This document shows, piece by piece, positions 31,901-46,927 of a DNA stretch of 64,000 bases. The stretch lies in assembly GCA_964057225.1 (NCBI GenBank), contig OZ059898.1:10726001-10790000 (forward strand), in the 5' to 3' direction. The position numbers and the translations under genes are program-made. Each line of letters begins with the position of its first letter. The first letter of the stretch is position 1. This DNA is from Auanema rhodensis (lineage: Eukaryota > Animalia > Nematoda). The notes under the pieces were generated by a model. That model was not told where the DNA came from, ran no database searches, and was given only the letters and a program-made list of their open reading frames with translations.

Positions 31901-34900
31901 TACTCCATTTGAAGGGATATAATAGGAAATTTCTTTTTTTTTTTTTAATAAAAATGATTCTTTCGGGAAAATTCTAAATCTGACAAAGAATGACATAAAA
32001 ACATCATCCTACTTGTTCTTTTTTTACATCGTAATAAAAATGAAAAAGAGCATAGTAATTATCAAAAAAATCGTTTAAATTTGATGAAATAATTGATAAT
32101 TCTTACATTGTCGAGAATTATTATAATATTCTTCGTTTGGCCTAGCATCAAATGGCCCATTTCGGACAGGAGATGTTCTAAATTATAATAATATCATAAA
32201 ACCATTTGAAAAATGAAAAAAACTAACCGATCAGTATTAGTTTTATTTTGAAGCAAAGAAGCTTGTCGATCTGTTGGTATCCTATAAGATATTTCGAATT
32301 AGATGTTATTATAATGAATGAAATGTAATATAAGCTTAAAAATGGTCTTTTTTTCGGTTAGAAGATCAGTCGGCATTTACTAGTAATGTAGTTGCAAAGA
32401 AATAGGAAGAGAGAAAGGGAGAGATGCAGATAGAGGTATAGTTAGAAACAGATATAGGGAAAGCGGAGATGCGTGCAATAATAAAATGAAGAAATGAAAA
32501 CGAAAAAAAAATAAAGATAAAGGGATGAAAGAGTAAAAAGGAAATACTAGTTCGGTCAGCAGCTGAATAGAGCTAAAAACTGCTAGAAGTCGGAAAATTT
32601 TAAATTAAAAAAAGAGTAAAATGTAATAGCAAATATAACATTTTAGTAGGTTAAACACTAAGTTTGAACTAGCAAATATAAATAAAATTAGAACCTGTGA
32701 TGAAGAATAGGACTTGTTTTCCGTTTAATAGGCAAAAACGTTTTTGCTTTTTTATCATTACTGTATTTAAAATAATAAGAAAAAATAAAGAAATCAAATT
32801 AATTTTCAATTGAAAATGAAAATAATCAAGTTTAACTATACATATCCAAAAAATGATATAACCTACCTTGAATCTCGACGATCAGCAAATGTTGTCGCAT
32901 CATGATTAGAAGTAGGAAATGAGGAATTGTTTTCCACTTGCCTAATTAATATATAATTTAATATTTTGTGTTATATGATAGTAATACTACCTTCTATTGT
33001 CTTGATTCGAAGCATTTCGATATTCTTCATGATTCCTATCATTAAGAGACCTGTAAATTAATATTACGTTGTTTTACATATCGGATGCTATGCTTTTTCT
33101 TATATTTTAAATTTTTTTTGTTTTTAATTTTTTACAAAAAAAAAAGAAGAAAAATTGATACAAACCTTGGGCCATTTGCACAGGAAGATGCATCGTTCGG
33201 TCTTTGCATATTTAACTGTCTTTGAGGTACAGATCCATTAGGCTGCCTTTGGTCAAGCTAAATTCCATATAAAGTTCTCAAATTCGAAGAAATAACATTT
33301 GGTTTTAGAGAATTCTAATTTAAAATTTAAATAAATACCTCTAACGTGGGTTGTCTTTGTAATGTATTCTGTTTGCGGTTCATCGGATTTATTGAGCCTC
33401 GATGTGTATTGGAAGAAGATGGACCAGATGGAACTTGACCATTTCCTTAAATTGGAAGAAAAAGTGTTAAATGAAATTACTTATTAATTGATTTTAAACC
33501 TTGTTGTCGCGATATCTGAGTTGGCTGAGAAGCTGGGGCTCGTTGACTAACAGAAGGATGATGATGTTGACTTGGCTGAATAGAGCAATATTAAAATGAA
33601 TCTTAGTAGTTAGTTACCTGCGGTCCAGTCATGCTCAAATTAGAGTTTGAATTCGACGGTGGCACTATGATCTGCGGTGTTGCTCCAGATATCGATGAAG
33701 CAACGCTGAAAACGCAGAATATTCAAGGAAAATGAAAGCAAAAACTGATTTGCTTGAGTGAGCAAGCAAAATCGAAAGTTTTTCCAAAGAGCAAACAAGC
33801 AATTAAAAATTTGAATCTGTGAATTTTTAAAATAATCATGAAAACATCTTACCTAGGACCCGGCTGCTGAGATGGACTAGGCATTCCAGCATTGCTAAGT
33901 TTTGGATATCGTTCCTCCTCCGGTTGAAACCATTTTCCCGTTCGAGCCAAAATCTGTTGACGCTTTTGACATAATGAACACGCCCAAATAGCCTGATACA
34001 AGAATATATTATTTAATTAATTTATAATTTGTTACTAAAAACAAGAAAAAAAACAGAAAAATTTTTTTACTTTGTTCTTGCTTTGAGCTCGCCCACCACA
34101 TCGAGCACAACTTCGTAATTGACAATAGAAACACTTGTGCCCTGTAATATAAATCTTACATGAGTTATGAAGAATAACCAAAATACCTATCCCATCAGCA
34201 AACTTGGTTTTCTGACAAATTTGACAGATAGCATCATCTTGGGTTCCAACCAAGCGTCGTGCAGACTCTTTTCGTTCATTTATTTGTCGCTCAATTTGGT
34301 CTAATTCCTCGTCAGCTTTTCTATAATAAGAATAAATAAGTAATAAAATTTGAAAAACTGTAATTATGTTAAATTTCGACCGCTTGCAAAAAGAGTTTGT
34401 CTGTAAATGAAATTGATCATTCATTTTCTTCGGCAATACTTTACATTCATGACAAAATTATTTTATCTTTTATGAAGTATTTTCATGTTTTATCTTTTAA
34501 AAAATATATTTTTATAACAAATATTATAGAACATTATGCCTTTCTACTTATGTAAATTACATACATTCTTCCTACACGACAAATTCTTAATAATAATTTG
34601 TTAGAACTAGGCCCGCATTATTTCGTTGTCTAATGAGTTTTTTTTCTCAAATTTACCTCTTTGTCTTCTTGCAACTATCCAATTTTCCCCTTTCTGAACA
34701 CCCAACGCTCTTTTTCTCTTTCTGTCTTTCTCCCTCTCTCTCTATTTCTCTCTCTACAATCCTTTTTTTAATTCTAGTTCATCTCTTTCTCTTTCCCCTC
34801 ATCACTTCGTCGTTTGCTTTGTTTGTAATTAGTCTCTTATGAAAAGTTCAAATTTCTCAATAAAATGACGACATAGATTGACCAAGAAAGTTAGAGAGTA

Positions 34901-36275
34901 AAAGACGATGCAGATGCACTACCCATAATTGGCTTCCTTGAGTACCCAACCATGGAATTTCATTTTAGTTTCAACTCGAACAAACAGACAAAAAATCTGA
35001 ACTAGGATAGCGCTCTGAGAACTATGAGTTATAACAAACTTCTTGATGAAATTTTAATTCATTGGCATAAGTAAGGACAAAGCCTTAGGTTGCTTTAGGA
35101 TGTAGTTCATCTCTAGTCTCATGTCTTCCTATGTTACATGATTTTACTTTTATTTTCCCGATTTAACTAACAAATAAAATTTTTGAAAAAGAAGGTACTA
35201 ATAGAAATGAAGAGAGTGACGCAATGAATAGTAAAAGAGGTGAGGACGTTTCAAAAGGACTTTTAAAACTTTTTGGATTCATAAGTGACGTAAGTGAAAT
35301 CTGAAGAGTGGTCCTAAGACACTCATTGCCTTCAGCTTATTCTATAGAATTTCGCAAAATGTTTACCAGAAGCATTTACTATGTCTGCATAGCTCACGTT
35401 TAGTGCTAGAAACTAATAAAAAATTATTGATTAATATGTTTTTAAAAAATCACCAAATGAAGAAGCAAACGTTGAAAAGTTCTCTGGCTTTTACTCTTAC
35501 ATCCATGCCGTCGTTTGTCAACGTTTACTCATCTCGATCTGGCATTTTTCAAAGTTTCTTTGCTTTGCAATCTCTCCGGAAGACAAATTTCAAATAAAAT
35601 TTTCATATTGTTTCAATATTAATAATTTTATATTTATATTTAAAAATATATTGATTACATCGTCATCATCATTTCAATCTTCATCATCTCTTTCTATTTC
35701 TTGGCATGTGAATATCTCTAGGTCTGTCCGTCTGGCTGTTTGAAGGCTAGCATCTAGCCATAGATATATACTATTCCGTCCATCATGGACTATAGAACCA
35801 GCATTGAATTTCAGACCAAATACATTCGTATCAAGTTGCTAGCTTCTCTCTAGCTCTCTCTACTCATCTGCATCTCTCAGTCTTTTTACTTATCCATTCA
35901 TTCCCTCGCACACTCTTTCCATCACTTTTCAAAATTTACCACCTTTATTTCCATCTCTTAACTCTTTTCGATCAGGATAATGGAACAATGGCGTAAAATG
36001 CTAAACATGGCGAAGAAGTAGAGGAAAGTTGGGTAAAAACTGAGTTAATTGGGAGTGCAAAGCTCATATAGGAGATGTCTTTAACATATGATTTTATGGA
36101 CAACAACATCAAATGTTTTTTCTTAACTTCTTCAGAGTAGTTCTTTTCAGTAAACTTACTGTGTCATTTGCACATCTTTTGATTCTTCTTCTTTCTGACG
36201 ACGCAGCACTTGTTCAATTATTTCTCGTTCTTCGGCTGATAGATGTGATAGATCAGGCATCATAGGATCTTCCAT
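24207..36275 (-). CDS. unc-10: RIM (Rab3-interacting molecule) active-zone protein
   Basis: N-terminus MEDPMMPDLSHLSAEEREIIEQVLRRQKEEE; zinc finger CQICQKTKFADGIGHKCFYCQLRSCARCGG...WACSLC; PDZ (HPVTWQPSADQRRLIGHMVL, LGLKVVGGR, GAFVTRVKPGSVAD); C2A (RNPYVKLFLLPDR, VWDYD); C2B (APYVKVYL, IIGWYKLY); stop TAG 24209-24207. About 30 GT-AG exons. Confidence 0.97.
28935..28972. repeat. (AT)n microsatellite in an unc-10 intron
   Basis: About 19 perfect AT units. Confidence 0.9.
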
Positions 36276-38570
36276 CGTTTTTAACTGAAATATTATTAAT
36301 AAAAACTTAGAATAATTCTGATATGTTGTTGTTTAAATATTTCATCAAAATCAAATATATGAAATGATTTCTTTCAAAATACTCTAAAAATAAGAATTTG
36401 GATTTTTCTATTAAAATGAGTATCAGTAATGGTTATAAATAATAGTTATAAATTAGTATATATTTGATTTTATACATAGATGAAATAAAAATACGAATAT
36501 TAGCAATATTTTGAAAAGGTGAAGTATATCGTTATTGAAAATATAGTATATTATCATTTAATATAATGATTTTCCAATAATTTTACCACATTTTTGCAAA
36601 ATCATTTTGTAAAACTAATAGAATATATAAACAATTAAATATGTTGTATATTAAGGATAATAAATAGAAGAAGATAATAAGAAAGAACGATTACAATTAA
36701 TTTCAATATTTCAGTTGAAATGCAAAAGTATAATATCACGTTGTTTTTTTTTTCAGAAAAAACGATAAGAAAATAGCTTAGAAAATATATATATGGAACA
36801 TCAATATGCATACATACATCGTCTATGAAATCTTAGATTAATTTGGAAATTAAAATAAATAAACGAAAAACGAAACAAACCTGTCTATGCTTCAAACAAA
36901 TAATAATAGAAGTAGTATTAAATAGTAATAAATATATAAATATATATATAAATATATATATGTATATGAAATTCTTGAAGAAAAGGTAGTAGAAAGACTT
37001 GGTCGCTCGAAGAATCGGCTAGAAGGCGACCAGCCGCTTGCAGTTCTCACATAGAATATTAAAATGATGACATCACTTACTTTGGAGGCGATGCCTGTAA
37101 AATAAAAAAGTTATGATAAAGTTGTATTGAAAATACGGCAATAATCAAGAGAAATTAAGAAAAGAATATAATAATAATAATAATTTGAATAAAAATATAA
37201 AAAATATCTTAATGAAATGTGAAAAAAATAGTGAAGGAGACACATTTGAAGATGTATGTATACACATGAACCTGACAACGAGAAGAGCTGAAACGACACG
37301 TATATGGTGAATAAGTGGTGTAATGTTATTGAGAAACAAATATGAAAAAACTGTTTCAATTACCGTTAATATTGGAAAATCTAAATAAATTTAACACTTC
37401 TCTGTTAAGCTCATTCTTTTAATCCCTCATTAAATAAATGCAGATATATATAAAATCTCTCACTCTTTCTCATTCTTTCTCACACACCTCTTGTTCTTTC
37501 TCTTCTACTGGGCTCCATGAGAATGAATAAAATTGAAAAAAAAACCAACAAACACAACAGATATCAAGGAGAGAGACAGAAATCAGGGACAAGCTCACAA
37601 AAAAAGAACTTGATAGATAATGGAGAGATACAAGCTGAAAAACATTTGTTGCCTAAAACATTGCAAAAAAAAAGAATAAACAAAAAACATATTAATTGAA
37701 GAGGTTCGAGGTAAGTAGATAGTGCAAAAAGGGTTCGAAGTCATGAACTGTGAATAGAAAAACTACATTTATAAATGACCATGCAATTAACTCGGGAGAT
37801 TAGTAAGACATGAAACTTTTCAGAATACATTTATAATTACATATCATACAAAATATAAATCAATATAAGAAAAGAAGTCGAAAAATCAGAGTTAAACAGA
37901 GAATTAAGGTAGCTTAAAGGGTAAAAGAGAAGGAAAGAATGAAGCAGTGAAGTAAAGAAGGCAGCTCAGAGTAATATAGGAGAAGGGTAGTTAGAGGGGA
38001 GGGGTGGAAGGAACTATGCGGATAGAATATGAAAAAAAAGAAAAACGATGAAGGTAGAGAGACATATTCATGAATACGAAAAAAGACTTGATAGAAGGAA
38101 GAAAGCTGGTTCTGATTAATGACGATGTCACTGCAAAAGGGTGGAAAGGAGCAAAAGAGTATGAGCTCGAAAATGGAAACATTGTAGACTTTATAAAGAG
38201 AAATAGCTCTATGAATAGATGGGATAGCTAGGAGATAAGAGGTAGTGCATGTGCCAAAATAATAGTTTCTCTTATGTTTTTTTTTGTTTTGCAAAATTAG
38301 TTCAAGTTAAAACGGAGAATGCATATGAAACTTAGGTGGTAATAACTAAAATCTTAAAATAATTAAACATAATGCATATAGTTAAAGAACTTGAGATAAT
38401 TTAAATAATTTAGAAATATAAGTAAGAGGGTGAAGGAAGCTAAATTGTAGATGAACAGAGTAGACTATATAACGAGTGTGAATAACGAAACGTATGAAGA
38501 AAGTGTTTTTTTAAACACATGAAAACTGAAGTCATATACGTATAACACGAAATATACATATGTGTGTGTT

Positions 38571-38574
<4 letters not shown>

Positions 38575-38616
<42 letters not shown>
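38575..38616 (+). repeat. (AG)n microsatellite
   Basis: About 21 perfect AG units. Confidence 0.95.
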
Positions 38617-38620
<4 letters not shown>

Positions 38621-40825
38621 AAGGGAATAAAAAATTTTGTATAAAGAAGGAAACGTTGGTACTATTAGTAGCAAGTAAAAGAAAGAATGAGAGGGAAATA
38701 CATTTAAAACACGAAGAAGGCGAAGTAATGGACAGAAACGACAGATAGATAGACAGACAAACGAAGGCGTTAACGGATGAAGAAGATGCGGAAATTAGAG
38801 TTATTTTTAAGAGAGCAGATGCTCGATAACATTTGATTCAGAATAAAAAACAAAAACAAGATACTGGAAAGGAAAATACGAGCACGAGAGAGCGGGAGAA
38901 GATGTGAGTATAGCGCATAAAGAATGAGATGAAGAAGAGAAAAAGTGATGATAGAAGCACATATGAGATAAAGAACATTATAAGTAAGCTAAAAGAGAAA
39001 AAAAAATCAAAAAATGAGAAGTAAAGAGTAGATGATTTAACGTAAGATAATAAGTAAAATAAATTCTAATACAGAAAAAGATGTTACCAAACATAAAATG
39101 ACAAACAGCATAATTTCAAGTAACAGAAGAGACAATGAAAAGTCTTGCATACAAATTAATAGTCAGTTTGTATCAGAAACAACGAAGAATGGAAAGGAAT
39201 ATTCTTCTGAAATTAAGTAAGAAATGTAAAGGGGAGAAAAGAAACAAATGGAAGACACATGGAAAACGAAATATGCTTGTTGATGGTTTGGCGTAACAAA
39301 AATTGCAGAATGTAAACATGCATAAAAAGCCATAGAAACATTATATATTTCAATCTGAATAAACTTTTTCGAAAAGAAAACATTGCCTAATTAACTTTTC
39401 TCTCTGATTCTTTCTCGTCTAAAAGCTTAAATATAATATTAAATTTAACAATATCAATAGGCTAATTGTATGAAAAAGCTAACACACTAGATGTTGTTTC
39501 GTTTTTTAAATTTATTTGTGTTGTCTTTTGTTCTTGAAAATCGCATTCGAGAAAATTATACAAAAGTGATAGTAAGAAATAAATGCTGAATTGATTAGTG
39601 TATACTATACTTGTATATGTATAACTATACAACAGTCGGGTTTCATTTAAAATAAATTCTAGAGCTTCTAAATAGTATTATCTGTCTTGATTGACAAGTA
39701 ATGAATAGAAATAGATAATAATATGCTGAAAAAACATTAGAAAGCAACCGAAAAGGCATATAGTTGAATAGAAGATGAAAAGTCACGTAGATGCTTGGCT
39801 ACGTTATTTCCACGTATGCTAATTGCTTCGGACGCATATTCCACAAAAGAACGAAAATGCAAATGAAGCAGAAGTAGCTAGTATAACATTTATTTATATA
39901 ACATATAAAAATTATATGTATATTATACTATATTAAAATGAGAAAAAATGTAAAAATCTCAAAATTATTTCAACCGTCCTTAACTAAGGCTATGCCTTTT
40001 CTTCCTAGTGATTTTCTCTCTTTATATTATTTCCTAACTCTTTATAGATTTTGGTTAACTGCCAACTCTTCGTTTTCCTTTCTAGTAGAGCAACAGCTAC
40101 CTCTCCCCCCCCCCTTCACTCATTTTACTCTCCATAAAAACACAAGCTTACTGGGCAGTGGCCACAAAAGAACACACACACAGGTTCACCCGTATTCTGG
40201 CGGACTGCTAGATAATAAGCTGGAGACTGAGAAAATATTTGCGGCAACGAAAAAAATCAATGGTATAGCAACGAATGATGTAAGAGAAGAAACACGAATA
40301 AAAAATTGGAAAACACTTGAACTCTACTAGAAATGAGAGAGGAAGCTAAATAGCAGACAAGGTAAGGCATGGAAAGTCCGTTACAGAAAATGGATGTAGA
40401 ATTGAAAAAAGATGAAATAGTGAATGAGAGCAATCCAGAAAATGAGCAGCAACAGGCGATAGTTAATAGTTAGAGGTTGAGATGGTCAGAAGGAAATGAA
40501 ACAACGGACGAAAGAATAATAATAGCTTCTAAGGTAGAATGTATGAATGATAGACGAAGGATATAATAGAAGATTGTGGTAGATTCTAATAGAAAGAATA
40601 GGATAAAGGAAAGGAAATATTAAGGAATAAAAATTAAAATAGAGAGGAATTTATATCGGAAAACCCGAAATCAAAAAACGAAATGAAGAGAAAAACGAAA
40701 CAGAGAGCGGAGGCTCTCCTTCTTATATAAAGAAAACAAATTTTCTGTAGCATGTTTATGCAAATTAAGCTGAATCCAGCTCACGTATGCGTATAATCTA
40801 GCAAATACATGCATACATAGAAGCT

Positions 40826-40848
40826 TACATACATACATACACAGGCAG

Positions 40849-40880
<32 letters not shown>

Positions 40881-40887
40881 ACACACA
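40826..40887 (+). repeat. Compound (ACAT)n/(AC)n microsatellite
   Basis: ACAT repeats followed by an interrupted AC run. Confidence 0.9.
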
Positions 40888-43800
40888 TAACTAAGGCTGA
40901 GTAATTGTATTTGGAAGATCGATAAACGACAGACGAGGGTGGAGCAGGAGTGAAGTGGAGGGAGGAGGGCAGAAATAGGGAAAAGGGATGAAGAGATAAT
41001 AGGAGGGAATGAGAGGGAGGAAGAGAAAATGACAAAAATTGAAGAGGGTGAAGGAAAAGATAGAGAGAAGGGAGTTGAAGACGGCAGAAGAAAAAGAAAT
41101 AAAAGGAGAGAGCATGACGAAAGTGGAATAAGAGTCGGGAAAGAGATCTCCCTCTCAGTCGGAAAGGAGAAAGAAGCATATTTCGAAGGAGAGGACTAAA
41201 GAGAGAGAGACAGAGAGAGATCGAGAAAAGCAGAACGAAGGCTGAGAGGGGAAGAGGAGGACTAGTGCGAGATTGGAAGGATCTCGTGCTTCTTCTTGTG
41301 CAACTACTACTACTACTTCAGTCTTGAAGCAGTTTTAGGTTTATCCGGGAATTGCAGAAAGACAGCTGGTGGTCAGCTTCTGATGCATCGTCGTATGGAA
41401 TTTCATCAACCTACATAAGTATTTGGAACGCTTTATGAGCGAAAAGAAAGTACATTTTACGAAGTTATGAAGTGCAGAAACAATAAGATGCACGTCAGAG
41501 CAGAAAATTATAGGAAATGAGGGTAAAAGCTATGAGTAAGCCATAGTGCCAAAAATCGAAAAATGATAGAAAATCTTTTCATAAAAAAAAGCTTCAAGAA
41601 TATTTGAAAACGTTGAAGTTAATGAAGTATCAGTTTACTTTTATCGTTTTTTCTTCTATTCCCTCTCTCCCTACCTCTTAAGGTATAATGTTCTCTCTGT
41701 ATGATTCTTTCTGTCCATAGCCTCTAATTCGATCTTATTCTCTATTCCCACTCAATTCCTCTCTCAATCCTTAAATATTCTTTTTCACTTATATGGACAA
41801 AGTTCGTCTCCAATTAAGGCGTCCTCGTGTTGTTCCACTTGTCGATTTCAGACTGCTATTTCCTTGCCAGTTCTAAAGCTGTCGTCGTAGTCTGCTAGTG
41901 TCCATCTCATACGCTTCAACTATCAAGATTTTCAGTATACTTGTCTTAGATATCTAACCTTCCCCACTTCTTTCAAATCTTTCCCTCATTCGTCTTTCTT
42001 TTCCTTATATCTCGCTAAGGTAACTCCGAGGTTACCCCTTGCCCCATTTCATATGTACCTTTTCACATTTACCGCATCTTTGTTGCGTAGTCGTTGTCAA
42101 GCTTTGACTGGATGGAAAAAATATTTTATCCTCCTCATTCATTTAAAATTTCTTGAATTTTCGTCTCAGGACCAAAATGTCTAACATGAATTCTAAATGT
42201 GTTCTTTTCTCAAGAAAAGGTGTAAGTTAAATTTGGTTATTATGACACGAAACGGGAATGGGAAGATGATGAAGATAGATATATTATATAAAATATCCTT
42301 TATAAATATGCTTATAACAAAAAAATCGATAAAAATATTACATAATAACAGAATAATGATCTTTGTTTCTAGCATAGCCATATGTAATATCTTCGAGGAA
42401 TATGGAAAATAAACAGATGTTCGTAGTTGACGATTATCTAGTCAATTCGTCACCCAAATGATCCCTTAGAACATTTAGAACAAATTATAAAATCACAACG
42501 CACATTTAATGTACATTTATCTATCTTCAAATGTAAGGAATTGATGTATATGGATATATGAGATATTCATATGAGTTTAATAGTAGCGCACTGTGGATGG
42601 ATAAAAACTATGAGAAATATTACTTTCAAATTTTCAATGAAATCAATCTAAGATACTTGGGTTTCCGAGTCAAAAAAATATAGAGCACTACTACGGCACA
42701 GATATAGTGAAAAGATAGTAGACAACTGGATAAGAAATAAGATTAGGCGGATGTTGGCCTGAAGCAGCATGAGAGCAAGTTTGTTTCAAATGCAAAAAAA
42801 TTGAAGATTTGAATGAAAAAACCTGACCGCACAAACTTAAAACACCATACGTTTGCTCTTTCTGAGTATCAGTAAAAGTTAAGTCGGATTCAGCTCTTAT
42901 CTGACACTGGAATTGTCTGTTTCTGTGCAGAGCTCTACCTCCACACCGACACAACCCTTATTTCCTCCGTTTTCTGGTTCTTAAAACATATCATTTTAAA
43001 AATTACAAAGACTTGCTTTCTTTCACTCTGCACTAGATCTTGAAGTATATATTGATGTAGTTATTCCGGGCCGAGAATTTCGGAAATGGTTCTAAAAGCT
43101 ATGCTCCACCGCCTCAATATTCTATCTACCCCCTCACCCTTTTTTCAGCACTCTTCTCTGTCATCTTCACTTATTTTCCTTTTCACGGTCTCTCTCTTTC
43201 ACTCTCTTTATCTTCATTTTTTATTTTCTTTGCTATTTTTTCAGATACATTTTTTGAAGTTGCATAAGTCGCTGTGAAAAAAAAAGGGGGGGGGGCACCC
43301 CTCCCATAAGCTTAGCTTTTGCTCTCGCCATTTTAAGTATTCTATCAGATTTTCTTTTTTCTTCTTCTTTTTTTCCTGTAAGTTATATGAAGCTTGTACT
43401 AGACAAAATCTTATAAAATATATATATAAATAGTAAAATCAGCTAGCAGACACCTATATGTTCTCTCATATAATTTAAATATTTCAATTATAAATGATTA
43501 TTGACAGGTGTAGAGAAAGGTCAAAAAGTAAGAACATGAAAGAAAAACATGACGAAAAATGAAATTGCCTCATTGAGAATATTGTATATTGTTGTACAAG
43601 GAAGTAATAGAACGCTAGAATCTTTTTATGTTTCCAATGAATTTCTGATAACTCACGTTTGATGTAGGAAAAGAAAAAAAGATGAATATATGGATATACA
43701 TATGTGTGTATATAGATAGATGGAGATAGGGATGAAGAAACAGAGAACGAGGGAGGATGGAGGGGGGGATGAGAGAGAGGAAGAGAGAGGAAGAGAGAGG

Positions 43801-45895
43801 AAGAGAAAGGAAGAGAAAGGAAGAGAGAATAGAGTAAAACGAATGTAAAAAGTATAATCGAATAAAAGAATGAGGGCATGCCAGGTAGGCTTGTAAGTAG
43901 AATAACATAAACGAATAATGGGCTGAAGATGGTTTGAACGTAACGAAGTTGCAAATAGCACAGTTTCTCGGAATAGAAGAATATGCATATGTATAAGAAT
44001 AATGGAAAATAGAAAAATTACACAAAATAGATTAAGTGAAGAAGGAAATAGCAAAAACTGCGAACCCATTGGACAACATAAAGTTTATTTATAGAAATAG
44101 AATATGCTTTTAGGTTAAAACATGAAGAATAATTATAGATTTACTGTTGATTAGCTCATCCATTTAGGAATAGAATAGATTGAATATGCGAGGTTTTCTA
44201 TGAAATATACTCTATAAGTTGAGCATTGGCTTTTTGGCGATGGATAGTGTCTCTTCTCTACATTTTGCGTGAGTCTGAAAAAATTAGGAATAAAAAGAAT
44301 AGCGAATGAAGAGAAAGGGTGAACCTGCTAGAGTTTGAATGGAGGTAGACAGAGAGAAATAGGAGCGATGAGGAGAGGAATGTATTGAGGAAAGAGAGAA
44401 CTGAGTTAGTATCAAATAGGATGGAATAGAGTATTGAGAGCCAGAAGGCAAATGGCTCGTGAAAGTAAAAGAAAAAGAAAGGAAACGAAATAGTGAGGAA
44501 TCTCGCAGGCTTCATCTTTCTCACTTTCGACTTAAGAGACAAGTAGGGAGCGATGAAGAGAAAAAAGGGAGAGTTAGCGCTGAGTATGAGAGTGCAAAGA
44601 AAAGAGAGAGATAAGGAGAATCGAAGAAAAACGGAGACGAGAAGTGGGAGTAGAGCCCAGCGCTCATGTAGTGTGACTTTTTCGAGTTTCAAAAATAGTA
44701 GGAAAGCAGATGAGAGGGAACCATGAAGAGATAGGATGAGGAAGAGTAGAGGAAGACAAGACGAAAAAGACGGAGAGAAGCCCTGAACTGGAAGCTGAAG
44801 GCAAGAAGAAAAAGTTTTGCCAATGGGGAGCAATTGCAAGTGATGACCCATGGGAGAATCAGAATCATCAAGCAAAACAATGGCTCGAACAAAGCGAATC
44901 CGGTGCTCGGCAAGCAAACTTTAGCTTGTGCAGTATCTGTGGTTCAGCATGAGCTAAGACTAGCTCGGGTGCTGCTGTGCTTGTGCTTATACTGATTCTT
45001 CCGCTGTTTTTCTTTGGAAAGCCTTGCAGTCAAAGAAAAAAAAGTGAAGTTTGTTCTTGCTGTTTTAAGCTATAGTTATGTAACTAACTTCAGAACCAAA
45101 AATATATCAGAAGACGGATAGAAGAAAACATAATCCGTCGCTCGCTGTTTTTTCGGACTTGTTCTTCATGTCTTCATTATATTCTCCAGATTTTAATTTT
45201 CCAGATTTACTATTATATAAAACTACATATATGGAAAAGTACAAATGTGTATGACATTAATAAAAATAGTGATTTAAACATCAAATTTTGAATTTTCAAC
45301 ATAGATAGATGAAATTCACCATTTCTTCAGACTTCTCATGTCTAAGCTCGATAAGATATAAAGATCGTTTTAAATCTGGTTTACCTTCCCTGCTAGTGAA
45401 ATCAAAACAGCTGAAATTAAAAAATCACGGGAAGGAGATCTCTTTTCCAGCTTTTTTTGCCGTAATAAACGTTCATTTCTTTTGGTTATAGGGAAAAGAA
45501 ATTGTAAAAGATATTCTCTCAAGTATTTGGTCATTATATACATAAACAAAATAGCTTTGTGAGCTTGGTTGCGCAGAAATGGAGGAGAAACGAAATAAAT
45601 TATGTAAATGTGTGAATACTAATATATCTAGGAGCAGTGCCAATTTGAATAGTTGAGTATTAAAAGAATTAGTATAAGATATTGCCAAACAATATAAAAA
45701 TTCATTTTTGATCTTACTACTATATGATATCCTAAAATTTAAAGAAAATCGATTTTTTTGACCTTATATTAGATTGATTCTTCAGAGAGCGAAAAGGAGA
45801 AAGAAAGAGAGAGATTGAGCGAGAATTTAGAGTAAGAGAGTGAGAGGGTGAGGGAGATGTTAGAGTAGGAGAGAAAGAGTGAGATGGAGGTTAGA

Positions 45896-45898
<3 letters not shown>

Positions 45899-45936
<38 letters not shown>
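45899..45936 (+). repeat. (AG)n microsatellite within a polypurine tract of about 250 bp
   Basis: About 19 AG units embedded in purine-rich 45785-46035. Confidence 0.95.
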
Positions 45937-45942
<6 letters not shown>

Positions 45943-46631
45943 AAAAGGGGGAGGGAGAGAAAGGGAAAAAGAGATTAGAGTAGAAGAGAGATTAGAATAG
46001 GAGAAAAAAGAGAATAGAGTAAGAGAAAGAGAACCTACATGCATATAAGGGCGGATGATTCTATTGCTGAATAGAAACTAAATTGAAATTGAATGACAAG
46101 TTAAGTTGCTTAAAATAAAAAATATATCGAATATTCAGAATATATATCATATATGCTATATGTATGTGCGTATGCTATGTATGTTGAAATGGCTAACCAA
46201 CTAATCCTTTTCAATCAACTAGTAAGATGTACAGCAAGATGACGACAGCGACTGCGATGGGGGGAGACGTAAGAGGAGGATCAGAGTGAGGAATAATGGA
46301 AGGTAGCCGAGATTGAGATGGACTACATGGAGTACAAAGAGGAAAGACAAGACTAAGAGAGAAAAAAACACGGCTGAGAAAGTGTAGGAAATCAAAATAT
46401 AATCGAGGCATGTGAAACGCGAGAAACACCTAAAGAGGCGAAAAGGGCGACAAAAACTTAGCAATGACATGACAACAACTACTACCATGATGTGAACAAG
46501 CTAGCGACGAGAAGAATGATACCTTTTCCAGTTATAACACGGAACGAAATATTTTATGGCAAGTAAAAAGGTAAAATGAATTTGTATACAGTTTGTATAA
46601 TGATTTCAGTGTTAACGTTTGTTCAAAATTA

Positions 46632-46632
<1 letters not shown>

Positions 46633-46662
<30 letters not shown>

Positions 46663-46678
46663 CTATATATATATATAT
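46633..46678 (+). repeat. Compound (CT)n(AT)n microsatellite
   Basis: CT run followed directly by an AT run with one interruption. Confidence 0.85.
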
Positions 46679-46852
46679 TGTAAAAGTTGTGAAAAAGTTA
46701 ACTATATCTGCTTTTGAAGCTTTTATTTAAAAATGTAGTAGGAGAAAATGTGGTCATTAAATGTATACATGTATATGCATATACATGTATACATATGTGT
46801 CTATATATTTAACGATATGTACGTAAACCTAATGAAAACTCTCAATCACTTG

Positions 46853-46856
<4 letters not shown>

Positions 46857-46922
<66 letters not shown>
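46857..46922 (+). repeat. (AG)n microsatellite
   Basis: About 33 perfect AG units, the longest in the window. Confidence 0.95.

Positions 46923-46927
<5 letters not shown>

Noticed and set aside
40187-40209. CACCCGTA... resembling miR-52/53
   Set aside because: The seed region has no complementary arm, so no pre-miRNA hairpin forms.
41301-41320. Minus-strand TGAAGTAGTAGTAGTAGTTG resembling let-7
   Set aside because: Simple (TAG)n repeat; seed mismatched and no hairpin.
43277-43295. A9G10 run (and C10 at 40105-40114) as G-quadruplex/fragile site
   Set aside because: Ten G is too short for an intramolecular three-tier G4.
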